From contig NC_068981.1 in NCBI RefSeq assembly GCF_001194135.2, forward strand, positions 68,127,287 through 68,191,286: a stretch of 64,000 nt of DNA. The letters run 5' to 3'. Positions 38,669 through 52,318 of this stretch are shown piece after piece. The number at the start of each line of letters is the position of its first letter. Positions within the stretch are counted from its first letter, which is position 1. The position numbers and the translations under genes were made by a program. Origin of the DNA: Octopus bimaculoides. Taxonomy: Eukaryota. The notes beneath the pieces were generated by a model. That model saw nothing but the letters and a program-made list of their open reading frames with translations, had not been told where the DNA came from and did no database searches.

Positions 38669-41417
38669 TGTGTCTGTACACTTTCAAAATTTTCTTAATT
38701 AGAATTGCTACAATTGAAATAAACCTTATATTAGGATTGTACCAGGACATCGCAGACAAAATTCTGAGTACGTGGCTTTTGTTAGTGCTAATATTTTGCC
38801 TCAAAGTATGTAAAAATCTCAATATCCTGATTCCCTAATAAGAATTTCTGTTAAAGATTATTACAGCAGCAAATGTGTCATCAGAAAAAAATAGCATATT
38901 CTAATATCTCACTGTCTGTAGAACATGACATGTGAGTCTTTAACATATGTGAACTTCTCCCCACTAAAATAAATAAAGAAAGAAATAGAAACTGGAGAGA
39001 ATAGAATCACAAGTCAATATTAACATATGCCCTGACCTTGTCTTACATAATCCCCGCCTTTCTTCCTAAATTTGTATCTCAAACACCTAGAAGCTCAGAA
39101 AGCAATTGAATTTACTTTGTTCAAATACGTGTAGGAGATGATATGTATTTCAGTTACAAGTAAATAGTGGTTGCTCTTCATATTCAAATAAATTCAATAA
39201 TGTATCGGCTGAAATTGAAAGGGCAACTTTAATGAACGGGATAGTGGGTGATGTATAATGTCTTACGCATAAATTGATAGCAATCGCTTCAGTAGACAAT
39301 CGAGTTTGCCAGTTTGCATTTCTGTACAGGAGAACACACGCATACGCATACCATACATACACAAAGATGCGCGAAACACACATACACTATCGCATACACA
39401 CACATGCATATAAACACACACACACACACATACACACATGCGCGTGAGCTGACTTTATTTCGTTATTTTAGAGTTAACTAAGCGCTTCCTCTCATCTAGA
39501 TGTGCGTGTCTGGATTTCTGCCATATCACTGAATCTTCACGAGTTTTGCAGAATTTTCCCAACATTACTGTTTCCTATATGTACAGATAAGGATTTTAAT
39601 AGCAATATAAGTAATACTGATGTTTCAGTAGGCCAGCTTGTATGACCAACATCATTAACATTGAAATGGTTAAGTAGATCAAAGCATAGATTAGTGTTAG
39701 ACAGTAAGGAAGTTTATGACTACGTTTTATGAGCTTATTTTATTAAATTATAGTATCGACACATGTGACGAATTTTTATCTAATCGTTTTATCGGAAAAG
39801 TTATCAAACAGTTTTATCAGAATATTCATAAAACTATTTTAAATAAATTACGCTCACATTTTCTTTAAATTATTCCAGCGAATATTACGACGTGGCATTA
39901 ACAACCTAATTTATGAAATTAATTTAGACAATTAATTTAATTCTTTCATGAATGTTGATGATCAACCTCCACAACACGGTAAAGCTGTCGAATTTTAGTG
40001 GGTGTTAATTTTAAATAGGAAACATCACTAAATCACCAAAGCTACAACCATGCCCAGGAGAAGCAGTTAGCTCCGTTTCTATGTAAGATCGAACTGGAGT
40101 CTCCGCTTATAATAACATAAATATCTTTATAGAAATATCTTCAAACATATATGGGTCAGGAAAAATTCATATATTTCAGATTTATTAAAACTCTGACTGT
40201 GAATCTGAAGCCGACACGTCTCATAATTAAATTTACGTTCATTCTCTCACTAACTTTAGAATATTATAAACTTTACAGACCAAACAAGATTATACACAGA
40301 AGTATGACCAGGGTGAAAATTTAAACATTTTAAAAATATGCTTTGTATATTTTACTATTAATACATCATAATGTACATAGAACATTCATCATAATGCACA
40401 TAGAAGAGTCTTCACGAAAATCTGCCCAGTTATGCTTTTGGGAATATTAAAAAGAGGAACACATACTAGTCCACAGAAAACTTTTTTTTTAAATTTTCAT
40501 ATTGGTATAATCTGAAGTAAGAAAGGTAACGTTAAAATATTTTCTGAAGTTCGGGAAACAGGCTGAGAGTGTGGAAGGAATATATACAGAGATGAGTGGA
40601 ACGCATATTGGAATCAATGATTACTTCAGTGAATATAACCAATGTTATATTAAATGCAGTCTACTACACAGGTTTCACGTAACTGGAAATATGTTTATTT
40701 TCAACAATTTTAATGCCGTTAGTCAATCATAGTGAGAATAAGACACCTCTATCATCACTTCATTAAGAGACGATGCTAAGGTTTTGGAACATGTATGAAC
40801 ATCGACACAAATAAAGAATTGTGAAATTATTTAGTACAAAATATAAAACACAGTCATGATGAAGGGAATAAAATACACACGCATACAAAACACGTACTCT
40901 CCGCGCACTCACGTACCCCCCATCCACACACATATAGTATGCATTATTAGGTTTTACAGGTTTTCTAACAGGGTGTCTAACAGGCTGATAGATACCCCCA
41001 TTTATGTGGTTCAACACCAAAATCATGTGATATTCGAATTCCAGCACACATAACAGACAAATTTGTGTAAATAGATGTCGGAATGTATATATTACACAGT
41101 AGGATAGTCCATGTAATGTCAATATAAGGATAAAGTAAGGACAGGACATTGTAATTAAATTATTACTCACCTTTGTGTGAATAATAACTTACTCTTTTTA
41201 CTATTAATATATCTATCATGTGAACATTGAACAAATGAACGCTTGATCCATGATCCACTCGATGTTCGTGGGTACTAAGGATTGTAATGTAATCACCCAA
41301 GGAATACAGACTATGACTGTGAGAAACATGTGACATGTACAAACGCGCGTAACGATACATCAATATATTTATAAATTCCATCCACACATTATTCTTCCCC
41401 CCCCTCTCTCTCTCTCT

Positions 41418-41700
41418 CCCTGGTGTCGTGGTATATCCATGCAGTTGACGAATCATGGCTTGTTACCCTTCTATTTATTCACATCACCCAGGTTTTCCTC
41501 GCTTTGCTCGTTCATTCCTTTTTTCATCCAGTCGAACATTTTCATTCTCTGCCTACCCCTTGCTCTCCTTCCCACCAGCGCAGTCTCCACCATCAAATGC
41601 TCCATTCCGTCATCCTCTCTGAGAAAATGACCAACAAATCTACATTTTCTCTCTGTGATAGTATCCAGCAACTGTCTTTCATCTTCTTCATTTTCATCTT
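41418..41700 (-). mobile_element. RTE-type LINE 3' end
   Basis: QLLDTITERKCRFVGHFLREDDGMEHLMVETALVGRRARGRQRMKMFDWM matches the RTE/RTE-X C-terminus (LL..I..RKL.F.GH..R...LE.L..EG...G.R.RGRQR). Confidence 0.7.
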
Positions 41701-41755
41701 CTTCAACACTTTCACATTCGTCACTCTCTGTACCCACAGACTTAGAAATTATTAT

Positions 41756-41787
<32 letters not shown>

Positions 41788-42035
41788 NNNNNNNNNNNNN
41801 NNNNNNNNNNNNNNNNNNNNNNNNNNNNNNNNNNNNNNNNNNNNNNNNNNNNNNNNNNNNNNNNNNNNNNNNNNNNNNNNNNNNNNNNNNNNNNNNNNNN
41901 NNNNNNNNNNNGTGTGTGTATCTGTAAATAATATGTGACAATTATTCGGTAGCCATCATAAAACGAGTTTTGGATATCGGGGCGAAAACTCACGCCGCCA
42001 TCTCTTCAGTTATCTCACCATTGAAAAATGCTATA

Positions 42036-42780
42036 CATGGGTTGGACAAAATAATGGAGACACCTAGCATCGTTGCATCGTAATTTTTGAATATCTATAA
42101 AACCTTCAAAAGCTTGTTTATTTTTATGTTTTGGGATTTATTATTAGTGCTGCTTAATGTTTTGCTAAAATTGCTGTTTCTTTTCAGATATAATCAGAAA
42201 AAAGGTAATTCATTAAATTCATTAAAATAACAGATCTATCGGACTTTCAAAGAGCTCAAATTGCTGCTGCTTGTATGGCAGGCGCTAGAGTAACGAAAAC
42301 AGCAGCCGAAATATTTGGTGAATCAAGAAGTGCTGTCTCGAAAGTAATGACAACTTTGAGAAAGAGGGAAAAATCTCCTCCTCGAAACAAAATCCGGAAG
42401 AAAGCCAACACTTTAGGGACTGTCGGTCACTTACGCGAAAGGATCACAAAAGTACAGCTCCCAAAATTACTGCAGAGCTTAAGGACCATCTTGAGAACCC
42501 AGTTTTAACAAAAACAGTTCGCGGGGACCTGCATAATGCCGGATTTCATGGGAGAGTTGCAATCAGAAAACCACTAATTTCAAACACGAATGTTGCAGAG
42601 TGATTAGAATGGAGCAAAAACCTACAGAATTAGTCCCTAGATCAGTGGAATACTGTTATTTACTGGGACGAGTCATCTTTTACCTTATTTCCGACCAACG
42701 GCCAAGTATTAAAATAAATATTAAAATAAATAAATTTGTTTGAAATTTTAAAATGTATCCATTATTTTGTCCAATGTCTG
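42036..42780 (+). mobile_element. Internally deleted Tc1-like DNA transposon with both TIRs and TA target sites
   Basis: Left TA|catgggttggacaaaataatggagac and right gtatccattattttgtccaatgtctg|TA share the 17-bp core ttggacaaaataatgga. The coding remnant reads DLSDFQRAQIAAACMAGARVTKTA...TVRGDLHNAGFHGRVAIRKPLIS...DQWNTVIYWDESSF (HTH plus first catalytic D); the rest of the DDE domain is missing. Confidence 0.87.
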
Positions 42781-42901
<121 letters not shown>

Positions 42902-43154
42902 ATGTGTGTGTGTACACGCGTCCGTGTGTATCACGTCAGGCCAGGGATGGGGACGATGATTTCCCTTTGCAAATACTGATCAGCCACAGTCAGTGTGTCA
43001 TTAGCCAGCTGGAGATGTCCTCCTGGAACTATAAACAACAGTAACAGCGTCCCAATTGGGCCAGTCACATTTGGGTGGAAAATATACTTCATGTTGTGGT
43101 GCTGCTACTGTTTAATCTCGCTCAGCGATTTATGATTGCTTATATGTTGAATTC

Positions 43155-43230
43155 TTCTATTTGAACTTATTTTTTCTCATATATATGTGTGCGTGTGTGC
43201 GTATGTGAGAAAATATAAGTTCAAATAGAA
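43155..43230. repeat. ~30-bp inverted repeat around a short TA/TG loop
   Basis: ttctatttgaacttattttttctcata... versus the reverse complement of ...tatgtgagaaaatataagttcaaatagaa; the outer 16 bp are perfect. Confidence 0.85.
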
Positions 43231-43289
43231 CCATTCAAACTTTTTGAGGAGTACAAAAAGAGAGAAAATGATTTACAATAAAAATCATC

Positions 43290-44060
43290 ATATTCACCAA
43301 AATCAGTCACAGCCAGTAGTTAGAATATGAAAATAACCATTGAAAAAGTTCGTTATAGGTATGAAGTTACCATACACAAGTATAAAGAGAAAAGATTTTA
43401 AAATCAAAATTGGATTTAATACATACGAACGTTTCAAAAAACTATACAAATATGTAAGAAAAAAAAAATTATATTTAAAGTTATGTATTGTCATTCTCAT
43501 CACTGTGAAGAATTTATGGAAGAACATCAGATAAATTATTAATAAAAGTCAATAAGGAAAAACAGATGGAGTAATAGGGAAAATTCAACCGGGTGGTATA
43601 AATGTATACCAGGTTATTGCATGACAGATATTCGTCGGTACAAAATAGAGGCAGGAAGATGCCTAGTTCATATACGTCAACGTTTTTAAATATCATATTA
43701 TTCTCATAAAATAACTCTATACATTTTTCAATTGCAAAGTCTACATCAACGGAAGGATATAGTGATATCTCATCCATACTACCTACGATGTGGTCACTGA
43801 AGTCGCATGTGTTGCTGCATTCACGGATCCTGCTAAGAAGGTTTTCAGTATTATGACATACAACTGTAGATAGCTCTGTTAAGGATCGTAGGAATTGTGA
43901 TAGAAAACATATTTTGTGGTTTTTAGCATTGTTGGAACGATAAATGGGGCGGGTGGACGGCCCAAGTACATGATCTGTTTAGCTCTTATTATCTTCTCGA
44001 AGGCCATATAGGAGTGGGATTTCATTGTTGGTGTTTATGAAATAGTTCGCTGTACGTTTC
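43290..44060 (-). mobile_element. Decayed Penelope-like RT remnant
   Basis: Minus strand, in the expected order: PLLYGL (cf. P.LYGLPKIHK), RPIYRSNN (cf. RPIVS), MDEISLYPSVDVDFAIEKCIEL (cf. DV.SLY..V) and LSCNNLVYIYTTRL (cf. F.FNN..Y.Q..GL.MG). Confidence 0.55.
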
Positions 44061-44764
44061 TCTGACTGGAGAATGATACAACACATCCCCATGTGAGCAT
44101 TAAGAACACTTTCGTTTTCATATATATATAAGTACCTCATTTGCAGTATATATCTAAGTATCTCATTTGCAGTATCTCAAATCACATTACAATATATCAA
44201 ATATACGATGAGTATTAGCTGTATTGGATATCCATATGAAGTTCACTGCATGACATCTAGAAAGAAGTTTAAAAAAAGTAGTTGCGAGCTTATGAGTATA
44301 TGCTTTTGCATGTGTTTGCATAAGTACGAAATTGCACCACTACAATATCGAAATACTTAATGTTAAAGCATATCAGACAATTTACCGCAGAATGCTTTTC
44401 GGGAAGATACATTGTTTCACCATCGTCACAACGAGGTCATACTTAACATTGAAAGATAAAACGTTGTTCCACTATTTCTGAAATTTAAAATAATCCAATA
44501 AACTACCCAGTTTTTGTTCGAATAACCTCCCTAGCTTCTTTGTGATTAGAGCTAAGTGCAAATTTTGGTGAGGAAAGTACGATACAGTATTAATTTCTTT
44601 ATGTAAATATATTACACGACAGTTAATTCCACGACGTGGTTTTGGAATGTCCCTTTATAAAATAAACAAATTTACATCATATAAATAATTTAGATAATTA
44701 TGTGTGACTACATACATAGACCAATCAGTCCATCCATCAATCCATCTGTACACACACACCACTA

Positions 44765-44817
<53 letters not shown>

Positions 44818-45689
44818 NNNNNNNNNNNNNNNNNNNNNNNNNNNNNNNNNNNNNNNNNNNNNNNNNNNNNNNNNNNNNNNNNNNNNNNNNNNNNNNNNNN
44901 NNNNNNNNNNNNNNNNNNNNNNNNNNNNNNNNNNNNNNNNNNNNNNNNNNNNNNNNNNNNNNNNNNNNNNNNNNNNNNNNNNNNNNNNNNNNNNNNNNNN
45001 NNNNNNNNNNNNNNNNNNNNNNNNNNNNNNNNNNNNNNNNNNNNNNNNNNNNNNNNNNNNNNNNNNNNNNNNNNNNNNNNNNNNNNNNNNNNNNNNNNNN
45101 NNNNNNNNNNNNNNNNNNNNNNNNNNNNNNNNNNNNNNNNNNNNNNNNNNNNNNNNNNNNNNNNNNNNNNNNNNNNNNNNNNNNNNNNNNNNNNNNNNNN
45201 NNNNNNNNNNNNNNNNNNNNNNNNNNNNNNNNNNNNNNNNNNNNNNNNNNNNNNNNNNNNNNNNNNNNNNNNNNNNNNNNNNNNNNNNNNNNNNNNNNNN
45301 NNNNNNNNNNNNNNNNNNNNNNNNNNNNNNATATATATATATATATATAGTGTTAGGTTATATTCTCTTAAGAACGTAGTAGAGTATAGTATAACCCATA
45401 TTTTGATACACTGAGGAGTTACTATTACAATGCAAGCCAGAATAGAATGGAAAAATTCGCTCGAAGCCAAGAATATGTGTTTTCCGAGCACAGAAACAAT
45501 ATTTACATATCATCTGAGGTAACACAAGAATATCCCGTAACGGTGGGAAACGGTTACATAAACAAATACTTGCAAAACTGAAGAACCATGTTGCCTGGAA
45601 ACAATTGTAGTGATTACAAATATATGGTCCTCTGTACTTGTTGTTGCATACAACGTATTCCGTTAGATACATACATAATTACATACATA

Positions 45690-45985
45690 CATGGCTCAGT
45701 TGTTAGGGTGTTGCACTCACGTTTGCGAGATCGTAGGTTCGATTCCCGGACCGGGCGCTGCGTTGAGGTCGTAAGCAAAGCACTTTATTTCATATTGCCC
45801 TGCTATCATTTCGTCATGTGACATTTGCTACACCGTGCACCTCTATAAGTTGTGTCGAGTAGATAGTGGGAGTGAGCTTATGTATACACAAATTTTGATC
45901 ACTAGAAACAAATCATCTGCGTGATTGTTCAGCAAGAAATTGTCAAACCCTTGTACGTCATCTAACAACAGGAGATTCCGTGCTT
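45690..45985 (+). mobile_element. tRNA-derived SINE (second family)
   Basis: A-box-like TGGCTCAGTTG at 45692-45702 and B-box GGTTCGATTCC at 45736-45746, followed by a non-tRNA body. There is no acceptor stem, so it is not a tRNA gene. Confidence 0.65.
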
Positions 45986-46150
45986 CAAGCACACACGCAC
46001 ACACACAGTCACACAGACGTGCACACACAATCACACACACACATAGTAGAATAATAGAGAGAAAGTCCTTGGTACAAAATTATATATATTTGAAAGAATG
46101 AGTGGCATTTTTGAGGGGATAATTTTTATTTTGTTAATACTATTAAAATT

Positions 46151-46190
<40 letters not shown>

Positions 46191-49045
46191 GGAGAGAGAG
46201 ATAGCTAGAGCTAAATAGATAGTTAAATATATCATGTATGTTCTTAGTGCATGAGGCATATGTGTTCATGGATGGTGTAATGTAAGTATTGCCAACCGTT
46301 TTCCTCAAATGTAGCACATTTGCCTAAAATTATATTATAACCACTGTCACTTGAAATACATGAATCACGCCTTATAGCAGCTCAATTTCGTTCCAGCTAA
46401 GATTCAGTTTACAGTCAAGTAGCTTAGAAGAATAGGTTACATACTGGATTACACAGATCTGTGTATGTGTAAAATTAAGATGAATTGTACAAATATTCCC
46501 GAAACATAAATTTAATCTCAGAGTAAAAACGTATTTTGAAGATGTCAACCAATGCTCAGAAGCTGATATTGAAGTATTCCCTGGCATGTGATTTAGTTTC
46601 TCTAGTCACACCGACGTCGGAAATATCAATTCTCATCTCTCGTTATGAAAATTATGTAAGTTTCTGGATACTGATAAATGATAAGATACTATCTACAACT
46701 GAAGTAATGTTATCTATATTCTGATAGTCTGATGAACGACGTTCGTGAACGGAAGAAAATACTGAGCATTGCTTTGAATGGATAGCATATTATGTTAATA
46801 TACAATATGCTTTAAAGTCGATATGAGTGACACTTAGGTTTACTAAAATTACTGAATATGGATTTCATATGTTTTATGGCATAGATGTCAAAATATCGTA
46901 GCACATGACTTGACATTCAGTAAGTCTTATTAACAGATAAATCTGTTACTTGTTTACAGTTAGTTTTCTCAGCATTATTTTGTAAGGAATGAAGAATTTT
47001 GCATATGATTTCGCATATAAATCCGGTGCATCATAATAATAGCATGTGCATAACCTCTCAGATGTAATATAGCTTCATTGTTGATAAGTACATTTATTCA
47101 CAGTTGAAATAAAGGAGGCCCACGTTTCGTCCGCTGATGAAACATATATCAGGTGATTTTTCACACTTTTATACGAACAGGTTAGAGATTGCTGGCATTA
47201 TATTTTAACTACCACACTCAGCATTATATGTGATCTCCTATGTGTACGTACTAAAAACCTATATTAATATTACTGTGTACATATATTATATACATATCTA
47301 CATATATACATATTTTGAGTACACAAACATACACGCACACACATATACTATGTATGTATCTCTCCTCTCCTCTCTCTCTATCTCTCTCTCTCTCTCTCTG
47401 TATATATATATATATNNNNNNNNNNNNNNNNNNNNNNNNNNNNNNNNNNNNNNNNNNNNNNNNNNNNNNNNNNNNNNNNNNNNNNNNNNNNNNNNNNNNN
47501 NNNNNNNNNNNNNNNTATATATATGTATATATGTAATACACCGTCACTAAAAAGTGACAAAATGTGTAGAGTCCCAGGATTGCGAGAAATAAGAGTCGGA
47601 GACTCTTTAACCACAGAAAGCACATGTTCTACTCGACTAACATGGGCAATATCCTCCCCACTGCAAGCAAGGTGCATTAAGTTAGCAAGCTTATTTGTAT
47701 AGAAATTAATACTCATCAGTAATACTTACTCAATAGCGGATGGTGAAGCTGAACCTGTCAGTACTTATAGATTATACCATAGGAATCAGCGGCTGATTCC
47801 GCAAAATGGTGATGTGAAATTATAAAAAATACATAAGGTGGCTAGATGCAATTTAAAACAAAAAAGAAAAAAAATTCATTGTCACTAAAAGCGACTAAGT
47901 GTGGAGGGACCACCGGCGTTGCTAGAAATAAGTGTCAGAATCTCCTAAGCCATAGAAAGCACATGTTCTGTTTAACTGTCAGTTTTCCGAACGGCGACGA
48001 CTAATGAGGTTGGACTACCACGTGGTGGTCTTTTGTTTCATGTGCTTCTCCCCGGTTCATGGATTTATGTGAGTTGAAACAATGGTACAACGTATTTCTA
48101 ACATTATTCTCGGAATAAGAGAGAATTGGAAATATTATCTCCTGTAAAATATACGTACAAATATATGCTTACGTATTGACTGGTGTGTTCGTGTGTGTTT
48201 ACTTAATTTTGAGGTTCTGAATATCCTATTGAAAATGCCTCTCTACGCACGTTCTGTTTGTATTTCTTGAATGCTTCTGATATAGTTTTATTTGATCTGA
48301 TGTACAGAGGCCTTTGTTTCTGCGCTTTTATTGCCATTATATTATTTCAATGGAGTTATAATCATTATAATTCAGATATTGATTCTTTTTCACCGGGGTT
48401 TAAAGATTAAATATATATTTGAAAGTATTGTACACAATATTTTCCTTTTACTCTTTGAATAAACGCGCGTGTTATTACAAGAAATACAATCATAGCATAA
48501 CCACTGAATACATGAACCTTATATTTTAAGGACTGGTGTGTATTAGAGAGACTTTAGTAAAGTGTATCGACAGAGAAGGCAATTAATGAATAGCATATTA
48601 CTGTGTTTTCTTACACGGTCTAAATTCTATATATATACATTGACGTAGCATTATTTCGCATAGCTATGACTGTATAGATATGAGGATCTATATGTTTTAC
48701 CTGGTCGAATTTGAAATAAAATCAGTTGAACAAATGGAAAGAAAATTGATGTAAAATTTCTTGTTAAATCTAGCGTAAGCAGCGTGAGCCATATACACAT
48801 CACATTAGTCGTAATAATTGTAAGTAATAATGTAGAAGAAAGCTAAATATTTTGCTAGAAAATCTAATTCTATGTCTACAGTTGAAATAAAATCCAGTGA
48901 GTAATATGAGCAGGAGAATATCGAATATTCTCCCTGCTATAACGATATTTTCTCGTGCTGAATTCTATTATCATGATGTAATAAGAACAAGTGTAAGGGA
49001 GGAACATACATACATAGGTATATATAGGTATATATATGTATGTAT

Positions 49046-49129
<84 letters not shown>

Positions 49130-49310
49130 NNNNNNNNNNNNNNNNNNNNNNNNNNNNNNNNNNNNNNNNNNNNNNNNNNNNNNNNNNNNNNNNNNNNNNN
49201 NNNNNNNNNNNNNNNNNNNNNNNNNNNNNNNNNNNNNNNNNNNNNNNNNNNNNNNNNNNNNNNNNNNNNNNNNNNNNNNNNNNNNNNNNNNNNNNNNNNN
49301 NNNNNNNNNN

Positions 49311-49368
<58 letters not shown>

Positions 49369-50899
49369 TCGTGTTTGTTTGTACGTATATGTGCAAATGT
49401 GTGCGTCTGTGTTTGTATGTGTATATGCATACGTGAGTATGTGAATGTGCGTGTGTGTGTGTGTGTGCGTGTGTGTGAGTATGTGTGTGTGAGTTTGTAT
49501 GAAAGAATTAAGTAAACATAACAAATATGGAAAACATCTGATGAAATACGCACTTGAGCTTCAATAAAGAGCCAACATATATAAACTGTTTATAACAGTG
49601 ATAAACATATTCCCTCAAACAACCCAGCTTTACCAAATGTGTTTTGCAAAAATAGAACATACATTTGTCGATAGCTGTATGAAAATAGTCTGTACCATGT
49701 TAATAGTTTAGAAAGCTTCAACGAAATGTTCCCCAAATGATCCACATTGATACTAACTTATACGTGCATGTTACTGAAAATACTGATAACATACAAACAG
49801 GAAACGCATTTTGCAAAGGCCAGGCCCCAAACAACATATTTAGTTCTATAGTTACAGAAAAATGTCTATTGTACATAGTGTATATATATTGAGAATAAAG
49901 ATAGGAAAGTTTCATACATCTTAACATAGTCTTATGATACAACCAATTCGAAAGTTTGCCAATTTTGAATTATGAGAAGATAAATCATTCTCACAACTTT
50001 CATCTGTTATCAACGAAGGCACAATAGGGTATTTGTAGATTATAAAGGAGGCATTAAAAAAAAAATCTACGCAACTACATACAGGACAGTAAGTGAACCT
50101 TCCTATTGTGAACATACGCTCGATATAAGCGGGTGCTTACTATCCGTGCCACTTCGAACTCACATTGTGTAAAATATACCTAGACACGCATTATCGAACA
50201 TCCTCTTCCTGTTTTCATGTAGCCGACAAGCATTTTGGAGAGATATAGTGAATGTGGCGTGTTAAACAAAAAATAAAATCTTCTTGCGGTTTATGTGTAC
50301 CAGGCCTGGTTCCGAGAACTCCAAGAAAATTCTATATGAAATGTAACAGAATGCAGAGCATTAAAGTGTGCACCATGAACAGCTTCACGTGGTCAGAAAC
50401 TGCTCTTTAAATCAACATGAAATTAAAGGAAAACTGATCATTGTTAACTGTAGCAACAAATCAAAGCTTTCCTAATCAAATGTAAAATTTCAGACATGAT
50501 ACAGGAAAGCTAACAAGTCAGTAGAAAGTATCTGAAAATTCAATCCATTCTATGAAGTTCAATAAAGACAAACGGATTGGTAGAAACAAGCTTAACAGCG
50601 AGAAACGTAAACTACAAGATACAAATCTAAGAGCTGGAGTCCAACCCACTAGTCTGCACAATTCACATCAACAGAAGATATTCACATTGACGGCAAAGGA
50701 GTTATGGAGGGACGGTGAAATCTCTACGGAACTATAAGAAATAGCAGCTACATCTCTACAAATCATAGGCTCTTAAGAAGTACAGCTTTTATGAACGAGT
50801 GGAGAGATACAGACACAGAGACGTATTTGAAGTCTAGCGTAACTTCCCTGAAGTTGATTATAATTTGATTTGTCATTTGCAGCTGTTGAACAATTGTGT

Positions 50900-51560
50900 A
50901 TTCTGAAGAGCTTACTCAAAGTAACGAACTACAACACTTTAGCAGCTATTCCAGCTGCATTTAGCATACCCAGGCAGCATGGTGTCGATTTAAAGATTAA
51001 ACTCGACTCCTTGGAAGTCGAGACCACACTGGCTAGTGAATATCGCTGTATTGAAGCTCCGCTGAATTGCTTGGTATTTGGTTCACATAGAACATCGTGA
51101 TGGGTATGTACGAACAAGATTTTGACGATGTTCAACAGTAACAACATTGTGAACGGTTTCGAAAGAATAGTCGGGAGACAATAAATCTTAAAATGCGACA
51201 TTAGTGAGAACATTTCTAACGAGACTCTTGATAACATTAATAATAACTATGGCAATATGAACGACATTCACTTACTTTCCGAGTGAGAAACGAAAAGAAA
51301 ACGGGAACGGTTCTGCTGCTGTTTTTGAACAGGCATTTTTTGATAGTAATATAATCCTGACAGAGATGGAAAAATAGAATCAATAAGTTGGAAAAAATCT
51401 ATGCCTAAAGAACTTCTTTCAAAATGGACAAGAAGGAATATGGAAAGCCTCTGTATAAGAGAAAGCGGAGAATCGTTCAGTTTACACTCAATGATAAAGA
51501 GAAAACGTGGAAAAGAAGCATTATTCGAAGTTCGGACCCTGGGCCTTCTCCATCCATCAG
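50900..51560 (+). mobile_element. Possible very old Penelope-like RT remnant
   Basis: Scattered fragments in plausible order: FSIPRQHGV, GYVRTRFDDV (YxDD-like), MNDIH, KPLYKRK and KTWKRSIIRS (cf. H.KRSIIRSL). The similarity is weak. Confidence 0.3.
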
Positions 51561-51696
51561 AGTAAGGAATATTGAGGAATTCGTCCGGTATAAACAAACA
51601 AAGACATAGTCATATAACAAGACGGATCATTTTGATACAAATTTTACTATAGTCGCATGACACAATATATATGCCAGCAGAATACTCCGATCACAT

Positions 51697-51990
51697 GAGG
51701 CACAATGGCCCAGTGGTTAGGGCAGTGGACTCGCGGTCGTAGGATAACGGTTTCAATTCCCATACCCAATTGTGAGTGATTATTGAGCGAATACACCTAA
51801 AGTTCCTTGAGGCTCCAGCAGGGGGTGGTGGTGAACCCTGCTGTACTCTTTCACCACAACTTTCTCTCACTCTATCTTCCTGTTTCTGTTGTACCTGCAT
51901 TTCAAAGGGCCAGCCTTGTCACACTCTGGTCGCGGTGAATCTCCCTCGAGAACTACGTTAAGGGTACACATGTCTGTGGAGTGCTCAGCC
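51697..51990 (+). mobile_element. tRNA-derived SINE, truncated at a junction with the 200-bp repeat
   Basis: A-box TGGCCCAGTGG at 51706-51716 and a degenerate B-box ggtttcaattcc at 51749-51760. The body ends ...gtggagtgctcagcc, then switches to ccagtgcgtaactggtac of the 200-bp repeat. Confidence 0.7.
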
Positions 51991-52318
51991 CCAGTGCGTA
52001 ACTGGTACTTATTTAATCGACCCCGAAATGATGAAAGGCTAAGTCGACATCGGTGGAATTTGAACTCAACGTAGCAGCAGACGAAATACCTATTTCTTTA
52101 CTGCCCACAAGAGGCTACACACAGAGAGGACAAACAAGGACAGACAAACGGATTAAGTCGATTATATCGACCCCAGTGCGTAACTGGTACTTAATTTATC
52201 GACCCCGAAAGGATGAAAGGTAAAGTCGACCTCGGCGGAATTTGAACTCAGAACGCAGTGGCAGACGAAATACCGCTGAGCATTTCACCCGGCTTGCTAA
52301 CACTTCTGTCAGCTCGCC

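Noticed and set aside
44131-44178. Short tandem duplications (also 21535-21560, 12771-12795, 54550-54580)
   Set aside because: Ordinary slippage duplications of 10-27 bp.
45690-45760. tRNA-like A/B boxes (also 51697-51760 and 57620-57687)
   Set aside because: There is no cloverleaf or acceptor stem and the sequence continues into a repeat body, so these are SINE heads rather than tRNA genes.
46606-46655. Plus-strand exon-like segment (tag|...|gtaagt)
   Set aside because: It is isolated, two frames are open and there is no homology; such a match is expected by chance.
46728-46755. CTGATGA-ACGA-cgt-TCGT-GAAC hammerhead-like core
   Set aside because: GAAC instead of the required GAAA, and no stems I or III.
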